64,000 nt of DNA from the IMG/VR virus record IMGVR_UViG_3300037424_000434, positions 64,001 to 128,000 of that record; one strand, 5' to 3'. This DNA is from a virus (Duplodnaviria > Caudoviricetes). Position 1 is the stretch's first letter. Every line of letters starts with the position of its first letter. Positions 40,358 through 50,155 of this stretch are shown here, one piece after another. The notes below the pieces were generated by a model, which saw nothing but the letters and a program-made list of their open reading frames with translations, made no database searches and was not told where the DNA came from. The position numbers were made by a program, and so were the translations under genes.

Positions 40358-40564
40358 ATGCCGATTGACAACACAGAAATTAAAAAAGCTTTAGATGACT
40401 TTGAGAAAGAGGATTTTCTTGCGGCAAAGGATCGTATTGGTAAAGAAGTTAAGGGTGCTATAAGCGATTATTTTAAAGACAAACTTGAATTAAAAAATGA
40501 TTTGGTGCCAAAACCCGATGTGGTGGATACTAAAGTTGCTGCCGAGGTTGGTGCTGAAGATTAA
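40358..40564 (+). CDS. Prohead core protein (gp67/68 position)
   Basis: Small acidic protein between portal and protease, with a GGAGG RBS. Confidence 0.65.
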   Translation: MPIDNTEIKKALDDFEKEDFLAAKDRIGKEVKGAISDYFKDKLELKNDLVPKPDVVDTKVAAEVGAED

Positions 40565-40576
40565 TAGGAGAAACAA

Positions 40577-42289
40577 ATGAAAAAAGGTTATCTTATCACA
40601 GAATGTTCTCATGATCTAGAAATCAATGAGGATGGAAAAGATGGGAAGAGTTTGTATATTACAGGGATCTTTTCCTCTTATGGTCTTCGTAACAATAATG
40701 GTCGAGTCTATGAAGAAAAGACCATGAAACGTGAAGTAAATAAAATTTTAGAAAAGATCGGAAAATCTTCTTTGTGGGGGGAACTTGGCCATCCACCCTG
40801 TGTTTTAGGGGATACCGAAATTTTGACCAATAATGGATGGAAACAGATACAAGATATTGATGATGACGAAATAGTTGCAACTCTTAACCCCGATACTAGA
40901 TTAATAGAATATAACCAAATCACAAAAAAGGTTATAAATCCTTTCAATGGTAAAATGGTTAGATTTAAAAACAGGCAAATTGATATTGCGTTTACACCTG
41001 ATCATAGACACTTGTTGTTTGATAAGTATGACAAGCCTTATTTTGAAACCACGGATAATATCAAAAATTCGGAAACACTTAAAATAAGAAAATCGTATAT
41101 ACCTAAAACGGGTATATGGTTAAGTAGTGAACAAGATGATTCCACTATAACATTGAAAGGTCTTGATAGTGTGTCTTCATCTAACTACAATCATTCTGTA
41201 GATGTGGTTGTGGATTTGATGACGTATGTAAGGTTTTTTGGTATATGGTTGGCTGAAGGTAATGTCACAAAAAATAACAGAAACCGTGTCACCATATATC
41301 AAAATGAAGGCCCTACTGCCGATATGATTCGGGAAATGTTAAGCGGATTCCCAGAAGAAATGGAATGGGGAGAAACAAATGATAACGGAAAAATATCTTT
41401 TAGTTTATCTGATGGTAGATTGGCACAACATCTAAAACCACTGGGTACATGCTACACAAAATATATACCAGAGTCGGTGAAATGTCTTGGTATAGAGTAT
41501 CTTGAGGAATTGTTGTATTGGTTTGGTCTTGGAGATGGTCGAGGTTTTTTGAATAACGACACAAAAAAAGACATTTTCTCTGTATCAGAAAAATTGGTTG
41601 ATGATTTTCATGAGGTCGCATTTAAATGTGGAATGTCTGCTAGAAAAACGGTTAGTCATTGTACTAACGATTATATTTTTGCAGGGAGAGTTATAGAGTC
41701 AATCAATAAATCTCCTTTGTACCATCTAAAAATATATACAACAAGTCGTATATATACCGATGATAGATTTATGGGATTTGAAGAGGAGGAATACGAAGGG
41801 CTTGTTTATTGTGTACAAGTACCCAATCAAAACTTCTATATAAGAAACAATGACAGTGTATCATTTTTTACGGGTAACTGCCCCGAAGTGAATATGGATA
41901 AGATTGCCATCAAACTTGAATCCCTTGAGTGGCAGGGAAAGGATCTATACGGAAAGGCAAAAATTCTTGATACTCCTATGGGTAATATTGCAAAGACTTT
42001 GGTTAGAGAGGGTAATATTGGTATATCCTCACGTGGCCTCGGAACCGTAGCAGAAGATGGAACCGTCAATGAGGATTATAATCTTTTAACATGGGACTTG
42101 GTGACAGACCCATCGAATAACCCTAGTTGGGTAAAAGGTATATATGAATCAAAGACTTGGGATATGGGTGATCGATTTGGCGAGGCTGTAGTCGAACAAG
42201 AAGAAGAGACTATATCAGAGCAATACGCAAAGAATGAATATTACAAATATATTCTTGAGAATATCAGGAAAATAGAAAAGAACTTGTAA
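40577..42289 (+). CDS. gp21: Prohead protease (gp21-like) containing an intein
   Basis: RNNNGRVY, WGELGHP, GKAKILDTPMG, GISSRGLG, DLVTDPS; spliced product 210 aa. Confidence 0.95.
   Translation: MKKGYLITECSHDLEINEDGKDGKSLYITGIFSSYGLRNNNGRVYEEKTMKREVNKILEKIGKSSLWGELGHPPCVLGDTEILTNNGWKQIQDIDDDEIVATLNPDTRLIEYNQITKKVINPFNGKMVRFKNRQIDIAFTPDHRHLLFDKYDKPYFETTDNIKNSETLKIRKSYIPKTGIWLSSEQDDSTITLKGLDSVSSSNYNHSVDVVVDLMTYVRFFGIWLAEGNVTKNNRNRVTIYQNEGPTADMIREMLSGFPEEMEWGETNDNGKISFSLSDGRLAQHLKPLGTCYTKYIPESVKCLGIEYLEELLYWFGLGDGRGFLNNDTKKDIFSVSEKLVDDFHEVAFKCGMSARKTVSHCTNDYIFAGRVIESINKSPLYHLKIYTTSRIYTDDRFMGFEEEEYEGLVYCVQVPNQNFYIRNNDSVSFFTGNCPEVNMDKIAIKLESLEWQGKDLYGKAKILDTPMGNIAKTLVREGNIGISSRGLGTVAEDGTVNEDYNLLTWDLVTDPSNNPSWVKGIYESKTWDMGDRFGEAVVEQEEETISEQYAKNEYYKYILENIRKIEKNL
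40799..41878 (+). mobile_element. 360-aa LAGLIDADG intein in the prohead protease
   Basis: Begins CVLGDTEILTNNGW, ends VYCVQVPNQNFYIRNN...TGN followed by Cys; FGIWLAEG and FGLGDG motifs. Confidence 0.93.
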
Positions 42290-42323
42290 GAATCGCGATT
42301 GCATAACTCCTTGTAAACAAAGA

Positions 42324-42360
42324 GAAAACGTGAAGTCAATTAGAATGACTTCACGTTTTC
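42324..42360. repeat. 15-bp perfect inverted repeat before the scaffold gene
   Basis: GAAAACGTGAAGTCA/TGACTTCACGTTTTC. Confidence 0.85.
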
Positions 42361-42418
42361 CTAAATATATGTAGGGATTAAGGCAAAGTTTTACTATTTT
42401 ATAGGGAGGAATTAATTA

Positions 42419-43204
42419 ATGGGTATTAAACAAATTCTTGAAATGCTCGGAGTCGAAAAAATTGACGAGTCCAAGCAAACCGAAATCAAAGATACGCTCA
42501 CAACTATTATTGAAGCAAAAGCACAAGAACTTGCTGCTAGTAAAGTTGAGGAATCTTTGAACGCGGAAAAAACTAAACTGGTCGAGGAATTTGAGGCTAA
42601 ATTCGAAGACTATAAAGAAGATGTCACCTCAAAATTTTCTAATTTTGTTGACGGTATTCTTGAAGAAGAAATGGTTATTCCAGAAAAAATTGTACGATTT
42701 GCTCGTTTGGGTGAATTGTATGAAGACCTTATCGAGCAGTTCAAGGTTCGCCTTGCAATTGATGAAGGTCTGCTTAACAACGAAGTCAAGGAAATGTTGA
42801 AAGAAGCAAAAGAAGAAATTCAACACTTGCGTACTCTTTGTAATGAATCCACTGGAAAAACTCTGGAGCTAGAAAAAGATGCCCGCGAAATGGCCAACCA
42901 CATATATCTTCGTCAGAAAACTGATGGATTGACCGAATCACAAAAGAAATCGGTTCTTGGTATTCTCGAAGGGGCCAGCAAAGAACAGATCGACAAAAAG
43001 TTCGACATTGTACTTGAGTCTTTGAATGTCGAAAGTCAAAAAGAAACAGTTGTTGTCGCGGAAGCGGTTGTAACTGTTCCTGCAAAAGTAGTAGTAACAG
43101 AGTCTGTTACTGAGGCATCGACCACAGTGCAGAAACAAACCCTTGGTGAAAACAACATCATGGACACATGGAAAAGAATGATTCGCGAGAATCGTATCAG
43201 TTAA
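42419..43204 (+). CDS. gp22: Prohead scaffolding protein (gp22-like)
   Basis: Acidic coiled coil between gp21 and gp23; TIIEAK, VDGILEE. Confidence 0.88.
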   Translation: MGIKQILEMLGVEKIDESKQTEIKDTLTTIIEAKAQELAASKVEESLNAEKTKLVEEFEAKFEDYKEDVTSKFSNFVDGILEEEMVIPEKIVRFARLGELYEDLIEQFKVRLAIDEGLLNNEVKEMLKEAKEEIQHLRTLCNESTGKTLELEKDAREMANHIYLRQKTDGLTESQKKSVLGILEGASKEQIDKKFDIVLESLNVESQKETVVVAEAVVTVPAKVVVTESVTEASTTVQKQTLGENNIMDTWKRMIRENRIS

Positions 43205-43231
43205 GACATTTAATTCTAGGAGGAATGAATA

Positions 43232-44545
43232 ATGAGTAAATACGTTGATCAACTCGTCAAAAAGTGGGACGGAATTCTCGCAGAAGGCGAAAGTATTGGT
43301 AATAAAAAGGTAAAAAAAGCTACTGCTATTATGCTTGAAAATCAGATGAACTATCTGACCGGTAATGCTGGTGGTAGAGACTCCATGAACGAGACTACCG
43401 CTTCCGGTGGTATTATGGGTGGTGGAGATGCATACAGTTCTGATGTGTTTGGCGCTGGTAATGCAGGAGATTATAAATCTAATGGTGAATTCCACAAGAT
43501 CGCTATCCCTATGGTTCGTCGTACTTTCCCCGAGCTTATTGCTCACGACATCGTAGGTGTTCAGCCATTGACTGGGCCTGTTGGTTTGGCGTTCGCGTTG
43601 CGTTTCCGTGCTGATCAATCTTATGCTGGTGTGGCTGGACAAGAAGTAGGGTACAACACTGTTGATCCTTACTACACAGGCGACGGTACAAAACAGTCAG
43701 CCATGGACATGACTCAAGGCGAAGCCCTTGGTTCCCGTGCATCTGACACCACTACTAATGGGTATCTAACTCAAGGTGGATCAGTGCAAACTGCTGGTGA
43801 CCGTGGTATTGGTATCGGGACCGGTAAACAAATCAAAGAATTGAGCATGACCGTTGAAAAAGCCCAAGTAGAAGCGGGAACACGTAAGTTGCGTTCACGT
43901 TGGAGCATTGAGGTAGCACAAGACCTTAAAGCTATGCATGGTCTTGACCTCGAAGAGGAAATGATGGACGTTCTTGCATACGAGATTACGGCAGAAATTG
44001 ACCGTGAACTTATCAACGTTATTCGTAGCGTTGCATCTACAAACGCATCGTCTGCTGTGTGGGATTATGCTGTTGCTGATGGCCGTTGGGAAGCTGAGAA
44101 GTACCGCAACTTCTACAACTTGATTATCCGTAAGGCTAATCGTATCGCAGTTGACACTCGCCGTGGCGCTGGCAACTTTGTTGTTGCTGCTCCTTCCTTG
44201 TGTGCTGCATTGGAAACCACTTCTTCTTTCACTATTCAGCCTGTGAATGCTGACGTGAACACAGCAGTAACCGGTGTTTCCAAAATTGGTTCACTTGATG
44301 GTCGCATGGCTATCTATCGTGATACTTTTGCTACCCTTGATGATATCGTCATCGGCTACAAAGGCCCCAGTGAATATGACACTGGTATCATCTACCTACC
44401 ATACATTCAGTTGTTGGTATCCAAAGCTGTATTTGAAGATTCTTTTAATCCTACTGTTGGTTTGATGAGCCGCTATGCAATCCATCAACACATCTTCGGA
44501 GCCGAGAATTATTACATTCAAGTGGCAGCTCAGAACCTACCTTAA
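43232..44545 (+). CDS. gp23: Major capsid protein (gp23-like)
   Basis: IPMVRRTFPELIAHDIVGVQPLTGPVGLAFALR, KAQVEAGTRKLRSRWSIEVAQDLKAMHGLD, EITAEIDRE, YLPYI. Confidence 0.98.
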   Translation: MSKYVDQLVKKWDGILAEGESIGNKKVKKATAIMLENQMNYLTGNAGGRDSMNETTASGGIMGGGDAYSSDVFGAGNAGDYKSNGEFHKIAIPMVRRTFPELIAHDIVGVQPLTGPVGLAFALRFRADQSYAGVAGQEVGYNTVDPYYTGDGTKQSAMDMTQGEALGSRASDTTTNGYLTQGGSVQTAGDRGIGIGTGKQIKELSMTVEKAQVEAGTRKLRSRWSIEVAQDLKAMHGLDLEEEMMDVLAYEITAEIDRELINVIRSVASTNASSAVWDYAVADGRWEAEKYRNFYNLIIRKANRIAVDTRRGAGNFVVAAPSLCAALETTSSFTIQPVNADVNTAVTGVSKIGSLDGRMAIYRDTFATLDDIVIGYKGPSEYDTGIIYLPYIQLLVSKAVFEDSFNPTVGLMSRYAIHQHIFGAENYYIQVAAQNLP

Positions 44546-44574
44546 TAGTAATATTAGGTAGTTAGATTGAATTT

Positions 44575-44608
44575 AAAGGGTGGACTTTCGGGTTCACCCT
44601 TTTTTTTA
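44575..44608 (+). terminator. Intrinsic terminator after gp23
   Basis: GGGTGGACT-TTCG-GGTTCACCC followed by a T run. Confidence 0.9.
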
Positions 44609-44677
44609 TTAAGTCATTAGACCAATACATTTACATTTTATATAAATATCTATATAATAAAAGTATAGGGGATTATA

Positions 44678-45526
44678 GTGTCTAATATCACATCAAAACA
44701 AGAAGCATCTAATAAGTTCAACGAGACTCTATTATTTAAAAAATGTAAACTTCTATCTACATATAAAAATAATAGAACACCTGTTGATTTGGAATGTATA
44801 AACGGTCACATATTCAAGAAAACCCCTTCTGATTTTAGACGAGGGAGTGGGTGTCCTAAATGTTCCGGTAAATGTCCCGAACAGGCTAAAATCAATTTCG
44901 TTGAATTATTAAACAAAGAAGGTTATGATTTGATCTCTCCTTATGTAAAAGCATTATCATGTGTCAGTGTTAGATGTTCAGTTGGTCATATTTTTGATAT
45001 GAGGCCTAATAACTTTAAAATGGGTCATAGATGTCCTAAGTGTGCGGGACTGTGTTCAGAACAATCAAAAGAACATTTTATCATAAATTTAAAAGATAAT
45101 GGATATGAATTACTATCAAAATATATAAACATTTCAACTAAAGTGAACCTGAAATGTCCAGAGGGTCATATATGGAAGGTTACACCTAATGATTTCAAAA
45201 ATGGTAACAGGTGTCCTCATTGTTCTGGTTCTACCGGACAAAGAATGTTACAAGAAATGTTATTAGGTCACATCAAAAGTCCAGTAATCTACAATGACCG
45301 TAAGACATTAAATGGTTTGGAATTGGATATCTATTATCCAGAATTAAATATAGCTATAGAATACCAAGGTAATTACTGGCACAACTTACCAGAAAAAAGA
45401 GAAACAGACAGAAGAAAGAAAAGTATATGCAAAGAAAAGGGTATAAAATTATTGGAAGTATGGGATAGTGATTTTTTAAAAAACAAGGATGTTGTTGTTG
45501 ATAATATAATTAAGGAGATATTATGA
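44678..45526 (+). CDS. Free-standing endonuclease: tandem Zn-ribbon repeats plus a Vsr/DUF559-like domain
   Basis: Three CxxGH...RCPxC repeats; LELDIYYPELNIAIEYQGNYWH; own late promoter at 44641. Confidence 0.8.
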   Translation: MSNITSKQEASNKFNETLLFKKCKLLSTYKNNRTPVDLECINGHIFKKTPSDFRRGSGCPKCSGKCPEQAKINFVELLNKEGYDLISPYVKALSCVSVRCSVGHIFDMRPNNFKMGHRCPKCAGLCSEQSKEHFIINLKDNGYELLSKYINISTKVNLKCPEGHIWKVTPNDFKNGNRCPHCSGSTGQRMLQEMLLGHIKSPVIYNDRKTLNGLELDIYYPELNIAIEYQGNYWHNLPEKRETDRRKKSICKEKGIKLLEVWDSDFLKNKDVVVDNIIKEIL

Positions 45527-46926
45527 TATTAGGAGTTGTTGATGGTACCTCCATAGAGAAACTTACAAATGGTAGCCAGAAAAAAATTATATTTGAGTGT
45601 GATGTTTGTCATGATAAAGTAGAACAATCATACCGTAATTATTTAAAACAAAATAACGGAAAATTTTGTAGAACCTGTAGAAATACACATACATCCAATA
45701 GACCAGATGTGAAGAAGAAGATATCTGATAATAGTACAAAAATGTGGTTAAATCCCTCTCATAGGAAAAAAATGGTTGAAGATGGTCTTATATCAAGGGC
45801 CGTTAAAAAATCTTGGAATAATGGCAGGAAACCAATAAATAATATTTTTGTAGAGAACACCACAAAAAAACGGGAATTGATTGAATTGGTTAATGGACTT
45901 GGATATGAATATATTAATTCATATATTAGAAAAAATAATGGAACGTGTATTAAAGTAAAATGCAAAGAAGGTCATATAACAATAAAAAGATTGTGTTCCA
46001 TTAGATCAGGCAAAATATTATGTGTTGAATGTTGTAAACATTTTTCTCAAGCAGAACGAGATTTATCTAATTATATAAAATCTCTTGGTTTTGTTGTAGT
46101 GGAAAACGATAGGACAATCATCAAACCATTAGAGTTGGATATTGTTATTCCTGAAAAGAAAATAGCGATTGAATATTGTGGTTTGTTTTGGCATGGAGAA
46201 ACCAAAGGCAAACACAATAAATATCATCTTAACAAATTGGGGAAATGTGAGTCGGAAGGATATCGACTAATAACCATATTTGAAGATGAATGGGCTAATA
46301 AACAAGATATTGTTAAGTCTAGATTGAAGTATATATTAGGTCAAGGTGGGAGAACGGTATATGCTAGACAATGTGTTGTCAAGGAGATATCACCAAAGAT
46401 AGCCAATACATTTATCAACAAATACCATTTACAAGGTTCAACGGGTAGTTCTATTAAATTAGGTCTTCATCACAACGGTGAACTGATTGCTGTTATGACA
46501 TTTGCAAAACCATCAATATCAAAAGGCAAAAAGTCATTTAATGATATATATGAATTATCAAGGTTTTGTTCTTCCTGTCAGGTTGTTGGTGGGGCGTCAA
46601 AATTATTATCCCATTTCAAGAAAAATTATGAATGGAATGAAATATTTACTTTTGCTGATTTAAGATGGTCGGAAGGTAATCTATATAAGCAGATAGGGTT
46701 CAATCACACAGGGGAGACAAAACCTAATTATTGGTATTTCAACACACAAAAACTAGGTGTGAGTAGGAAGCACAGATTTAATTACAGAAAAGACAGATTA
46801 CCATCTCTGTTTGGTAATGTTGATATGTCTATGACCGAATGGCAAATCATGCAGTCTCAGGGATTTGATAGAATATGGGATTGTGGAAACTTACGATATA
46901 AAATAACCAATAATGTGATTGGATGA
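45523..46926 (+). CDS. Putative homing endonuclease: Zn ribbon, Vsr-like domain and C-terminal conserved phage domain
   Basis: CDVC...CRTC; LELDIVIPEKKIAIEYCGLFWH; YARQC...ELSRFCS...GGASKL...FADLRWS...RIWDCG. Confidence 0.75.
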   Translation: MILGVVDGTSIEKLTNGSQKKIIFECDVCHDKVEQSYRNYLKQNNGKFCRTCRNTHTSNRPDVKKKISDNSTKMWLNPSHRKKMVEDGLISRAVKKSWNNGRKPINNIFVENTTKKRELIELVNGLGYEYINSYIRKNNGTCIKVKCKEGHITIKRLCSIRSGKILCVECCKHFSQAERDLSNYIKSLGFVVVENDRTIIKPLELDIVIPEKKIAIEYCGLFWHGETKGKHNKYHLNKLGKCESEGYRLITIFEDEWANKQDIVKSRLKYILGQGGRTVYARQCVVKEISPKIANTFINKYHLQGSTGSSIKLGLHHNGELIAVMTFAKPSISKGKKSFNDIYELSRFCSSCQVVGGASKLLSHFKKNYEWNEIFTFADLRWSEGNLYKQIGFNHTGETKPNYWYFNTQKLGVSRKHRFNYRKDRLPSLFGNVDMSMTEWQIMQSQGFDRIWDCGNLRYKITNNVIG

Positions 46927-46934
46927 ACTGACGC

Positions 46935-46964
46935 AAAAAGGAGCCTCGAAAGGCTCCTTTTTTT
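46935..46964. terminator. Bidirectional terminator between convergent units
   Basis: AAAAGGAGCC-TCGAAA-GGCTCCTTTT. Confidence 0.85.
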
Positions 46965-47015
46965 ATGTAATGTTTTTATGGAAATAAATAGTTGTTATAT
47001 TAGGTGTTTAGACGA

Positions 47016-47330
47016 CTAATTCTCAACACGGTCAAAAACTTTGATCATACTGTGATCATAACCGCAAAGATTTTTGACAGCGTTGCCGAAGCGAGAGTCA
47101 CAGGTTCCCGCGTAATTTCCGCCAGACATTACCCAGTCATCCTGATTTTTAACAGGAACTAATCTCATACTATTCATTGGGCCAACCCGTAATTCGACCG
47201 CAGGATAATCTTCACTGGGTTCAAACGGCCCATCAACGTTGATAACAGTAAGACCTTTGGCATATTTGGAAACGCCATTGTTCGTACAGTCCCCGAGTGG
47301 ATTACGGTAGATCGAAAGATGTAAACCCAT
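47016..47330 (-). CDS. Conserved phage hypothetical protein
   Basis: GGAG RBS before MGLHLSIYR; DCTNNGVS...GGNYAGTCDSRF; promoter TTGATT-N17-TATGGT upstream. Confidence 0.7.
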   Translation of the reverse strand: MGLHLSIYRNPLGDCTNNGVSKYAKGLTVINVDGPFEPSEDYPAVELRVGPMNSMRLVPVKNQDDWVMSGGNYAGTCDSRFGNAVKNLCGYDHSMIKVFDRVEN

Positions 47331-47400
47331 GATTAACTCCTTTGTTTGGTTGATTGTAAATACACCATACCACAGATTCCTCGACGAATCAAGCACAAAA

Positions 47401-47721
47401 TCAAAATCCTTCGATGATCAATACTTTTTGTTCATCTGTTAGTTTGGATCTACTCCTATCTGCACATTCATATATTGGATATTTTTTTATTGTGACAAAA
47501 ACACAGGTAGCGGGTAGATCGACTTCGTACATATACGAAGCATCTAAATAGTACGTCCAACTTCTCCAACCTTTACTGTTCATCATTTTATACACTGTCC
47601 CTTTATATGCGGGACAGGTTACCTGCTCAAGTTCTATTGGATACCAAAAATAATCCACTCTTGATGTATTATCAGGAGCACATCCAATCACCAACAACAC
47701 AAAAAATATTAAAAATTTCAT
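47401..47721 (-). CDS. Putative lipoprotein
   Basis: GGAG RBS; MKFLIFFVLLVIG-C lipobox-like signal. Confidence 0.6.
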   Translation of the reverse strand: MKFLIFFVLLVIGCAPDNTSRVDYFWYPIELEQVTCPAYKGTVYKMMNSKGWRSWTYYLDASYMYEVDLPATCVFVTIKKYPIYECADRSRSKLTDEQKVLIIEGF

Positions 47722-47732
47722 ATTTTCTCCTT

Positions 47733-47948
47733 TTAATATTTTTTCCCAAACAACTTGTTGTATTCGGTCATGTGGGCGATAGAAAAGTCTTCGCATGATC
47801 TATTCTCATCTAACGCATCAAAGTCATAGGCGATGGACCACATACATTTTAGATCAATAAACGAATCAAGATAAGAAACAGCCTCCGCGTGATCCTCTAT
47901 ATTGGCAATCAACTTCACTTCATCCAGAACTTCCTCATAGCTTCTCAT
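47733..47948 (-). CDS. Hypothetical protein
   Basis: GGAGG RBS before MRSYEEV. Confidence 0.6.
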   Translation of the reverse strand: MRSYEEVLDEVKLIANIEDHAEAVSYLDSFIDLKCMWSIAYDFDALDENRSCEDFSIAHMTEYNKLFGKKY

Positions 47949-47961
47949 GATTCCCTCCTTT

Positions 47962-48867
47962 TTAAATTCCATTAGATTCGACAGGCGTATTTTCAGCCTG
48001 ATTTTTCTTCTTTCTACCACCTCTTGCACCGTAAGCATTGAAACAATCACTGAACTTTTGTTTTTTTCTATCCAAAAACAAAGTAGAATTACTTGAATAA
48101 ATGTAATTGAAGAATGCTTTTAATTTTTCTACCCCATGAACCCTCAACTTAAAAACTTTTCCATACGGTATGATTTTTCCCTCAACACAGCTATACTCAA
48201 CAATCTTTGACAAAACGTCTTCTGTCCCTACAATAACAATTTCACTTGAATATGAATCCTTACGATTATCTTTTGAATAGCTGACACAACCATCTCCATC
48301 AAAATAACCTCTAATGAAATCAGAATAAAACTCCGACTTTAGGTTATGTGGAAATTGATTTGTAAAAGTTTTTCTCTCCGTTAATCCATACTCTAATGGC
48401 GTAACAGAAAAATTACTAAGCGAAACTCGAAGCTGGTAATTCTCTAAACCGCTCATATTTTTACCCGCCTTGCAAATACTTAGGTCAGAACACATCGAAC
48501 TTTTTATCTTTTCAAGTATATCTTTATCAATCAATTTTAACGATACCTGACCTTTTGTTATACAACCGTCAGCACTCAACAATCCCAAAACATAAGCCAT
48601 ATCGCTTGATTGAATTTTAAAATAGTCCTTATTGATTTCAATTCTTGGATTGCCCTGACACCCTCTTGAACAGTAACTTCCACGATTGGGGTTTTGATTC
48701 AATCGCCACTGTGGAATATAAAACTCCCTTCCGCATGATAAACAAGTTTTTAAAATACCACTCAACGGACGACCCCCTTTTTTGCCATTCTCACGAGAAG
48801 AATTTGCTTTTTTATTGGTCTTTATAGAACCTAAATATGACATTGTTTTTTTAATTTCATTATTCAT
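47962..48867 (-). CDS. LAGLIDADG homing endonuclease, C-terminally fused to the displaced tnpA tail
   Basis: YVLGLLSADG and FIRGYFDGDG motifs; N-terminal CLSC...CSRGC finger; ends YGARGGRKKK. Confidence 0.85.
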   Translation of the reverse strand: MNNEIKKTMSYLGSIKTNKKANSSRENGKKGGRPLSGILKTCLSCGREFYIPQWRLNQNPNRGSYCSRGCQGNPRIEINKDYFKIQSSDMAYVLGLLSADGCITKGQVSLKLIDKDILEKIKSSMCSDLSICKAGKNMSGLENYQLRVSLSNFSVTPLEYGLTERKTFTNQFPHNLKSEFYSDFIRGYFDGDGCVSYSKDNRKDSYSSEIVIVGTEDVLSKIVEYSCVEGKIIPYGKVFKLRVHGVEKLKAFFNYIYSSNSTLFLDRKKQKFSDCFNAYGARGGRKKKNQAENTPVESNGI

Positions 48868-48873
48868 ACACAT

Positions 48874-48902
48874 AGTATAACCTATCTGTTAGGTTTTGTC
48901 AA
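48874..48902 (-). promoter_or_regulatory. Sigma70-like promoter of the inserted LAGLIDADG gene
   Basis: TTGACA-N17-TATACT; ATG at 48867 lies 7 nt downstream. Confidence 0.8.
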
Positions 48903-49460
48903 GTCTTTTTTGTAATATCTTGCTGAATAACAGGTGAGTATTTTCATAATATCCTCTGCTAATTCTTCTTCATATTTCTTCTCTTTGGTTTCTATTATCT
49001 CAACTTCAATTTCAAGATTCGTAAAAATTGCATCAAGGTATTCATAACCAAATCGTGCAAGTCTGTCTTTATATTCAATCAATACTCGTTCAACCTTACC
49101 TTCAAAGCACATCTTGATTAACTTGTGTATGCCGTTCCGCTTCTCATTTATGCCGCTGGCAATCTCATCAATCAAAACGTACTTATAATCTTTGGTTTCT
49201 GCGTGTTTTCTTAACCTGTCTTTCTGCCGTTCAAGATTCTCTTTTTGTTTTGCCGTTGAACATCTTGCGTAAATCACAGTCAACTTTTCTTGCTTCTCTT
49301 TCTCGACCCCCATGTAAGCATCTAAATCTTCTTGGCGAAAACGCCGATGCTCACCAGTAGTCTTGAAAGACTTTATCTTTCCGTTGTTAGCAAGCGTCTT
49401 GAGAGTGTTTATTGACACCCCAAGATAATCGCTTGCTTCTGTGATTTTATAGATTTTCAT
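48882..49460 (-). mobile_element. tnpA: IS607-family serine recombinase TnpA, 3'-interrupted, no tnpB
   Basis: MerR-like HTH (ASDYLGVSINTL...GEHRRF), VIYARCS...QKENLERQ, DEIASG, EYKDRLARFGYE, EELAEDIM.I...YSARYY. Confidence 0.9.
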
Positions 49461-50155
49461 ACGCTATACCTAAACAACTTTTCTATTGCCTTTTTACTTC
49501 CTGTGTTTTTAGTAAGGCTACTATTCACTTTTTTTTCCCAAACACATTTAAAATCATTCGGGGCATTATATTCACTTACAAATACAATGTGTCCTTCATT
49601 TTCTCTATCTCTACACCACTGCCAAAATTCCACATGATTAAAATCCATAGCGTATTTAGTAACCCCACCATACGGTGGGTCGCAATAAATCAAACTATTT
49701 TCAGGTATTTGTAAATTTAAATAACTTTCATTTACCAATCTAACACCATTCAATCGTGGGCTTTGGTTTATTGCATTTTTATAGCTTTCCTTCACATAAT
49801 CTCGTTTATTTAAACTATCCCTACACCATCCTCCAAGCCATTTACCACTATAACTGAAAGCAAACCCAGCATAGCCTTTGTATTTGTAATTATCGCTTTT
49901 TCGCAGCTCCTTATAGTTTTCTTCAGTAAACTCTTTGTTGTTTTTAGGTAGTTGAGTCACACAATCTCTAATTGCAATCAAGGCATCAATTAAATAAGGG
50001 TTAATGTCAGCCCCTATTCGTTTGCCTTGCACTTTGTCAATCATGTTTGCGCCGCCTACAAAAGGCTCCACCCAGAATTGTTCAGGGTTTCTTTCCGCAA
50101 GCATGATTGGCAGAATGTGCTTCGCTATTCTATTTTTGCTTCCCATGTATTTCAT
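49457..50155 (-). CDS. DNA adenine methyltransferase (Dam/D12 class)
   Basis: YMGSK, EPFVGG, DIN, IYCDPPY, FVSEY. Confidence 0.9.
   Translation of the reverse strand: MKYMGSKNRIAKHILPIMLAERNPEQFWVEPFVGGANMIDKVQGKRIGADINPYLIDALIAIRDCVTQLPKNNKEFTEENYKELRKSDNYKYKGYAGFAFSYSGKWLGGWCRDSLNKRDYVKESYKNAINQSPRLNGVRLVNESYLNLQIPENSLIYCDPPYGGVTKYAMDFNHVEFWQWCRDRENEGHIVFVSEYNAPNDFKCVWEKKVNSSLTKNTGSKKAIEKLFRYSV

Noticed and set aside
42938-43642. Long antisense ORFs (also 23152..23616, 29742..30287, 14370..14872)
   Set aside because: The first three are shadows of well-supported genes on the opposite strand; none of the four has recognisable motifs or an RBS.
48031-48911. LAGLIDADG insert as a group I intron in tnpA
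   Set aside because: The boundaries do not fit 5' exon U / terminal G, the ORF fills nearly the whole insert leaving no room for a ribozyme core, and it has its own promoter.
47016-49460. Complete IS607 with TnpB
   Set aside because: No RuvC/Zn-finger TnpB ORF lies downstream of tnpA.
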